A model generated the notes under the pieces. That model did not search any database. It was not told the DNA's origin and saw only the letters and a list, made by a program, of their open reading frames with translations. A DNA stretch of 64,000 nucleotides, from assembly GCA_964016885.1 (NCBI GenBank), contig OZ024748.1:19592001-19656000 (forward strand), written 5' to 3'. This stretch comes from Eledone cirrhosa (taxonomy: Eukaryota). Shown here one piece after another: positions 57,362 to 64,000 of the stretch. The position numbers and the translations under genes are program-made. Positions within the stretch are counted from its first letter, which is position 1; every line of letters starts with the position of its first letter.

Positions 57362-57936
57362 GTAAAGTAATGGAAGGGAGGTCGATATGAATGAATAAAA
57401 ACCTTTCATAGCGGTGCTCCAGCATGGCCACAGTTTAATCAATAGAACCAGTAAATGAATAATGGAGTAGAGTATCATTGCACTACTGCAAACTAACATC
57501 GCACTCGATTCTATTCAACAGAAAAACAAAACAGGAACGAATAAAAAAGAATCAGCTATTTATGTTTAAAACCTAAATTACGTAAGTAAAATGGCGACTG
57601 CATTCAATTTATTTGAAACGAAACACAAGTGGGAAAATAATCAATATTCGTAGAGTTTTGTTTCGTTTGCGAAACTATTCCGCTTAAGCAAAGTAATCCG
57701 TTGAATAGTCAAAACAAGATTATTGAAGAACGTGTGTTATGACAACATAATTATGTAACTCTAACTAAATAATAAATTACGAAAGAAATACTACAAGATT
57801 TTGGATAAATATATGAACCAATATCAATAGAAAGATTCGAATAGCTAAAGAACTTATTAATAACGAAACATGACAGCCCCAACCCTCCATATATAATCAA
57901 TGTTAACTGTATTAATTTTTTTTAGCAGGAATAGAT

Positions 57937-58565
57937 AATAATTGTTTCTACTTTTGGCACAAGGCCAGCAATTATTCCAGTGTATTACTGGTACTTTATT
58001 TTATCGACCCCGTAAGGATGAAAGGTAAAGTTAACTTCGGCGGGATTTGAACTCAGATCATAAAGGGCCTTAACTGTTTGCTGCAAAGCATGGCCTCCGA
58101 CTCTCTACCGATACTACCAATCCACTAATGGTTTCTGATTTAGGCAGAAGGCCAGCAATTTGGCGGGATGGGGAATGCCGATTACATCGACCCAGAACGT
58201 GACTGGTACTTTGTTTTATCGACCCTGTCAGCATGAAAGGCAAAGCTAACTTCAGCGGGATTTGAACTCAGAACGTAAAGAGCCGTAACTCTATACCGTG
58301 AAGCAGGGTGTCCGACGGTCTACCGATACTGACAATCCAAATAATGGTTTCTGATTTAGAAACAAATCCAACAATTTTGGGAGAGGGGATGGGAAAATTG
58401 ATTAAATCAACCCCAGTGCGTTACTGGCACTTTATTTTATCGATCCCCATTAGGATGAAAGGCAAAGATAATCTCAGTGGGATTTGAACTCAGAACTTAA
58501 AGGGATATAATTATATGTCGCAAAGCATATTGCCCAATGATCTACCGATTATTGCTAATCTACTG
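57937..58565 (-). mobile_element. Three tandem SINE family A copies (short and long variants)
   Basis: Reverse complement matches to family A. Confidence 0.85.
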
Positions 58566-58639
58566 CCTAGTTGGGTTTAATGGTAGTACCGGCTCTGATT
58601 GCAGAAGACAATCTACTGGTCGCTGTCCGACAGGTTGTG

Positions 58640-58985
58640 GTCGTGTCCTTGGCAGTGGAGACTTCTGGTGTCCTTGGCCCTAGGGCTACCTCCCTACTCA
58701 CCACCATAGGCGCTGAGCTGGCCAGCCCCAGGTGTGAGCCTCGCAAGCTGGAATGGCTCTTCCAGAGCATCTCTCTTACCATTCTCCGGGGAAACACCTT
58801 CTCCATTCTGTCCGCCGGGGTTGTGGGGTGTCCAGTACGTGCGAGCCCATTTGCCCTTTCATGTTCGGACACATTGCACCCGTCAAAAGTGTATTTTCAT
58901 ACCAATTAAATTAGTTAATGCGTACGAAAGTTATATCGTGTCTAACATTTGTATTCGTATTAATATGATAGTCTTGAATAAAATA
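58640..58985 (+). mobile_element. CRE-like RLE non-LTR retrotransposon 3' fragment
   Basis: LAVETSGVLGPRATSLLTTIG..EPRKLEWLFQSISLTILRGNTFSIL resembles the CRE C-terminal pattern (AVET.G..GP.A..FLFQRLS.A.QRGNA); AATAAA near the end. Confidence 0.7.
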
Positions 58986-60280
58986 TAATATTGCTTTCCT
59001 GTAAAACGAGAAAGTAAGAAAGCAATTGGCTGGATCGTTATAGAAGGGTTTATAGCAACAACGTAATTTAGCTATATTTAAATCAGTTCCTTAAACTAAT
59101 ATCCCTAGTAATGGTATTTTATGAACTGTCACAGTTTGTATGTAAACAAAATGTTCCCGAGGGACTGACTTTCCTCGTTGTTATTCTGTTTCACCATGAC
59201 CCTATTTACTGTACCTGATACTTCTATAAAATGGTAGAAGTTAGCAAGTGATTTGTGTAGTATTTGAAATGTATCAATTTGCAGTTAGAAAGTTAAGAGG
59301 TGAAGAGATTTCTCGAAGGGGAACAACAATTTGAAGGGTTAACTTATCAGTTGACTCCTAATCCCATATTCTCGGTTCATTTACGGATCCCCGAGAGCCT
59401 AAGATTTCTAGAAGCTTGCTTGTGATCACGGATCTTCTGCTAGCCTTTTTACAGAGATCAAACTAAAAACTGATTCAAGGTAACCCATGCTATTCTTTGT
59501 CTCTTCCTCTGCAGTCGTCTTTTGCAAAATATATCTGGGTTAGTAGAATAAGTTATACCACCATCTGAGCCTGTAGGGCTATTAGAAGAGTTTACTTTGT
59601 TTCAAGAATCCGACTCAGGTCTCTATCATGGTCACTGATCCTCAGCTCATCTGTTTACGGGGATCAAAATAAAAAGAGCTCCTCTTTGTCTGTTTCTATA
59701 TAATCCATCAAAATGGTTTGCAAACATGAAAATATCTGGATTAATATATATGTAGAGGTCGGAAGGAAAGAAAGACAGGAAAGAAAGCAAGAAAGAGAAA
59801 GAAGGAAGGAAAGAAAGAAAACAGGAAGGGAAGTAAGAAAGAAACAACGAAATAAATAAATAAATAAATAAATAAATAAAGAAAGAAAGAAAGAAAGTAA
59901 CAAAGAAAGAAAGAAAGAAAGAGGGAAATAAATAAAAAAAGAAGGTTAGAAAGGTAGGAAAAAGGAAAATGGAAATAAAAAAAAACAAAGAAAAAAGGAA
60001 AAAGAAACACGACAAAGTAAAAGGTAAAAAGTAAACGAGTTTAAATTTCAGAAATGACTTTAGGCTAGTAATTCAAAGTGGCTTAATTTTCACGGACATT
60101 GTTGTGTTCTTGTGTAAAGTAGAGCATCAGAAATTCGAAAGCTAAACATCATAATGAACCATTCTGTTTTTCAGACTTACATAACAATGATAGAATCATG
60201 ACAGAGCATTTACATAAATCCATTGAAAATGTGATGCTTAGCTATATATATATATATATCAATATATATATATTATATAT

Positions 60281-60341
60281 ACGTTATTCCGGGTTGAATC
60301 GGAGGTAACCACAGTAAGTAAGGTACTCAATACATAGCAGA

Positions 60342-60346
<5 letters not shown>
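60281..60346 (-). mobile_element. 66-bp element in (TA)n (copy of 25641-25706)
   Basis: Exact reverse complement. Confidence 0.85.
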
Positions 60347-60410
<64 letters not shown>

Positions 60411-60414
<4 letters not shown>

Positions 60415-60569
60415 AAAAGGTATGACCCCGACGGCAGGGCTCATTCGACGGCTATTTCTGGACTAGAAACAGCTTGAGCTCTGCCGTCGGGGTCATACCT
60501 TTTCCTATCACCCACTCTACTATAGAGTATTCTGGTGCGTTATAGTCCATCTGGTTCCTTACCACAATT

Positions 60570-60573
<4 letters not shown>
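60411..60573 (+). mobile_element. Palindrome+tail element (family P variant)
   Basis: TAGGAAAAGGTATGACCCCGACGGCAG..CTGCCGTCGGGGTCATACCTTTTCCTA plus tail ..CTGGTGCGTTATAGTCCATCTGGTTCCTTACCACA. Confidence 0.85.
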
Positions 60574-60611
<38 letters not shown>

Positions 60612-60723
60612 GGAAAAAATGAAACGAAATTTCCATACGTACATATATATATGTGTCCATGTATGTATATATATACATACTACTGTGCGTCTGTATAGAT
60701 ATATGTATGTACGTATACATACT

Positions 60724-60817
<94 letters not shown>

Positions 60818-61102
60818 TGGAGAGAGAGAGAGAGAGAAATTATTCTATCTATCTATCTATCCATTTATCTATCGATCTATCTATCTATCTATCTATCTAC
60901 CGATCTCTCTCTCCCTCTTTCTCTCCCTCTTTCTCTCTCTCTCTCTCTCGCTCTCTCTCTCTCTCTCACGATATCAAACAATCAGTTTTTAGTTAGCCAA
61001 TCCACATTGTTATACATGAATGCTCCACACAAATTTATCGACAACATAACTAAATATATAGATACGACCAACATTATCTTGTTAGAATAGTCGGACTTAA
61101 TA

Positions 61103-61300
61103 TTTCTTCTTCTTCTACTATTTTTTCTTCTTCTTCTTCTTCTTCTTCTTCTTCTTCTTCTTCTTCTTCTTCTTCTTCTTCTTCTTCTTCTTCTTCTTCT
61201 TCTTCTTCTTCTTCTTCTTCTTCTTCTTCTTCTTCTTCTTCTTCTTTTCTTCTACTTCTTCTTCTTCTTCTTTTTCTTCTTCTTCTTCTTCTTCTTCTTC

Positions 61301-61383
<83 letters not shown>

Positions 61384-61448
61384 CTAGTAGTTGTAGTTAG
61401 CATTAGTAGTTGTAGTAGTTAGTAGTAGTAGTAGTTAGCAGCAGCAGC

Positions 61449-61525
<77 letters not shown>
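61103..61525. repeat. (CTT)n-(ATT)n-(AGT)n composite microsatellite
   Basis: Direct inspection. Confidence 0.95.
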
Positions 61526-61527
<2 letters not shown>

Positions 61528-61754
61528 CTATTAATTTCCTTGTTCCGTCTGATGATATCTTATCTTTTACATTTCTTCATTCGTGAATTTGTAATCTGTA
61601 TACAATATTTATTATATGGCAAAATTTATACATTTATGTATAAGTGTGTGCGTATACAAACATATATACACACATATATATATATGCACACACACACATA
61701 TGTTTATAAATATATACATATATGTATTATATATAAATATGTTTATATAAATAA

Positions 61755-61785
<31 letters not shown>

Positions 61786-62060
61786 AATAAATATATATAT
61801 ATATATATGTAAGTGTATATGTATATATATATATGTGTGTGTGTGTGTGTGCGTTTGTGTGTATATGTAAATATATATATGTATATATATATATTCACAC
61901 ATACAAATAAACATTTTTTTTTACATACACGTATATATTTATATTGACATATATAAATACATATCCACACGCACACACATATATATATGTGTGTGTGCGT
62001 GTGAGTATGTATAGGTCTCTCTCTCTCACTATATATATATATTTAAATATATATATATAT

Positions 62061-62175
<115 letters not shown>

Positions 62176-62180
62176 AATAA

Positions 62181-62219
<39 letters not shown>

Positions 62220-62314
62220 AATATATATATATATATAAATAAATAAATATATATATATATATATATATATATTTAAATATATATATATATATATACATAT
62301 ATATAAATAAATAA

Positions 62315-62367
<53 letters not shown>

Positions 62368-62370
62368 TAA

Positions 62371-62401
<31 letters not shown>

Positions 62402-62428
62402 TATATATATACATATATATATATTTAA

Positions 62429-62463
<35 letters not shown>

Positions 62464-62522
62464 TATATATATATATATATAAATAAATATATATATATAA
62501 ATAAATATATATATATATAAAT

Positions 62523-62603
<81 letters not shown>

Positions 62604-62876
62604 TATATATATATATATATATAAGGGTGGCTTTACGCTACATTTCAAATTTCTCAAAGCTGGATTTTCCAAGACATTATTATCATTATTATGATTGTTA
62701 CTATTATTTAACCTTGTAATGTTTTACTACTACTTTGGCTTTCAACAAGTCATCCATTGAAATGTACGTGTGAATGATGAGCGAACGGGAGTTCCATTCA
62801 GATATTAAGATACAATCGATCTTAATCAGTTTATGACCACTGGTGCGTCGCTCAGACCAAATAAATCATACGTACG

Positions 62877-62921
<45 letters not shown>

Positions 62922-63302
62922 CACATATACATATACAGACGAATACGCGCACACACATACAGGCAGGGGTATGTATGAGCATATATGAATGTATGTATTT
63001 TTATGTTTGTATGTATCCACATATGTATGTATATTTATATCTATCCTTGTTTGCAGACTTTTATATACATATATATTATATATACAAACACATACACGCA
63101 CACACGTACATATATATATATATATGTTTATAAATATAAACATCTCTATGTTTGTATAAATACATACATTCGTACATACAGTCATTCATTCATACATGTA
63201 TACATATATGCATACATACATACATACATACATATATACATACATACATACATACATACATACATACATACATACATACATACATACATACATACATACA
63301 TA

Positions 63303-63749
63303 AAAACTGCCACCAAATTAAAGCACAACCGGCCTGATATTGTAGTTTGGGACCACACATTGAAAACGTGTTCTGTTGTGGAGATCAGCTGCCCACTTGA
63401 TGTAAACGTTGTCAGAAAAATACAGGAGAAGGAGGACATCTACGGACCATTGATGAGGAGCTTACAAATCCAGTATCCAAGATACACCTTTAGCTTCATA
63501 CCCATCATTATTGGTGCTACGGGTTATATACCAACCCGCTTGGACCAAAGTATGACCGAACTTGGATTTGCGGACAAAAAGCGCAGCTCCCTAATTCATA
63601 GTCTACAAATGGCTGCGATAGCTGGCACCTTCAAAATATGCAAAACATTCTTGCGATTCAAGGGATGACAATTTCTTTTCTTTTACAACCTTGCCACCAG
63701 GAAGGTGGCCGGTCAAAAAAATATACTCGAAATTAAGAGAAAGAGAAAA
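63303..63749 (+). mobile_element. 5'-truncated RLE non-LTR retrotransposon in (CATA)n
   Basis: KHNRPDIVVWD..CSVVEISCP..EKEDIYGPL..IPIIIGATG..KICKTFL.., stop at 63668; (CATA)n on both sides. Confidence 0.85.
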
Positions 63750-63775
63750 CATACATACATACATACATACATACA

Positions 63776-63806
<31 letters not shown>

Positions 63807-64000
63807 GTAGTTTGATATAGTAGTTGTATTTTATACATTTGGTATACTTTAAGTCTTGGTCTATTCACAATGAAATCTCTCTTCACGCTATTTTGAATGT
63901 TTTTTTCTCCCAAAATGGAGCTTTTGTCTTTAAAATACAATAAAAGCATTATATTTCCGATCGTATAAGCACTGCTGCTTGCTTTGTTTTTGTTTTACCT

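Overview
AT-rich, extremely microsatellite-dense eukaryotic DNA, probably cephalopod/octopus-like (inferred from repeat content). No host protein-coding gene is recognisable; nearly all ORF-track entries are microsatellite translations. The window contains: (i) 5'-truncated non-LTR retrotransposons, mostly embedded in or tailed by a simple repeat: two R4/Dong-type RLE elements in (AAT)n, another RLE family in (CATA)n, RTE-clade pieces (one with three C2H2 fingers) and a CRE-like end; (ii) two tRNA-derived SINE families, often in head-to-tail arrays; (iii) MITEs; (iv) an 8.1-kb 25-bp satellite, 38-bp and 46-bp minisatellites and a 200-N gap. The most striking signal is a set of short fold-back elements, mostly in or next to (TA)n tracts, carrying hammerhead-ribozyme (HHR) motifs. 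One HHR looks intact (26914-27040, inside ~64-bp inverted arms); others are half or decayed cores. These are best interpreted as Penelope-like pLTR remnants or retrozyme-like elements. All coordinates and alignments were read by eye.
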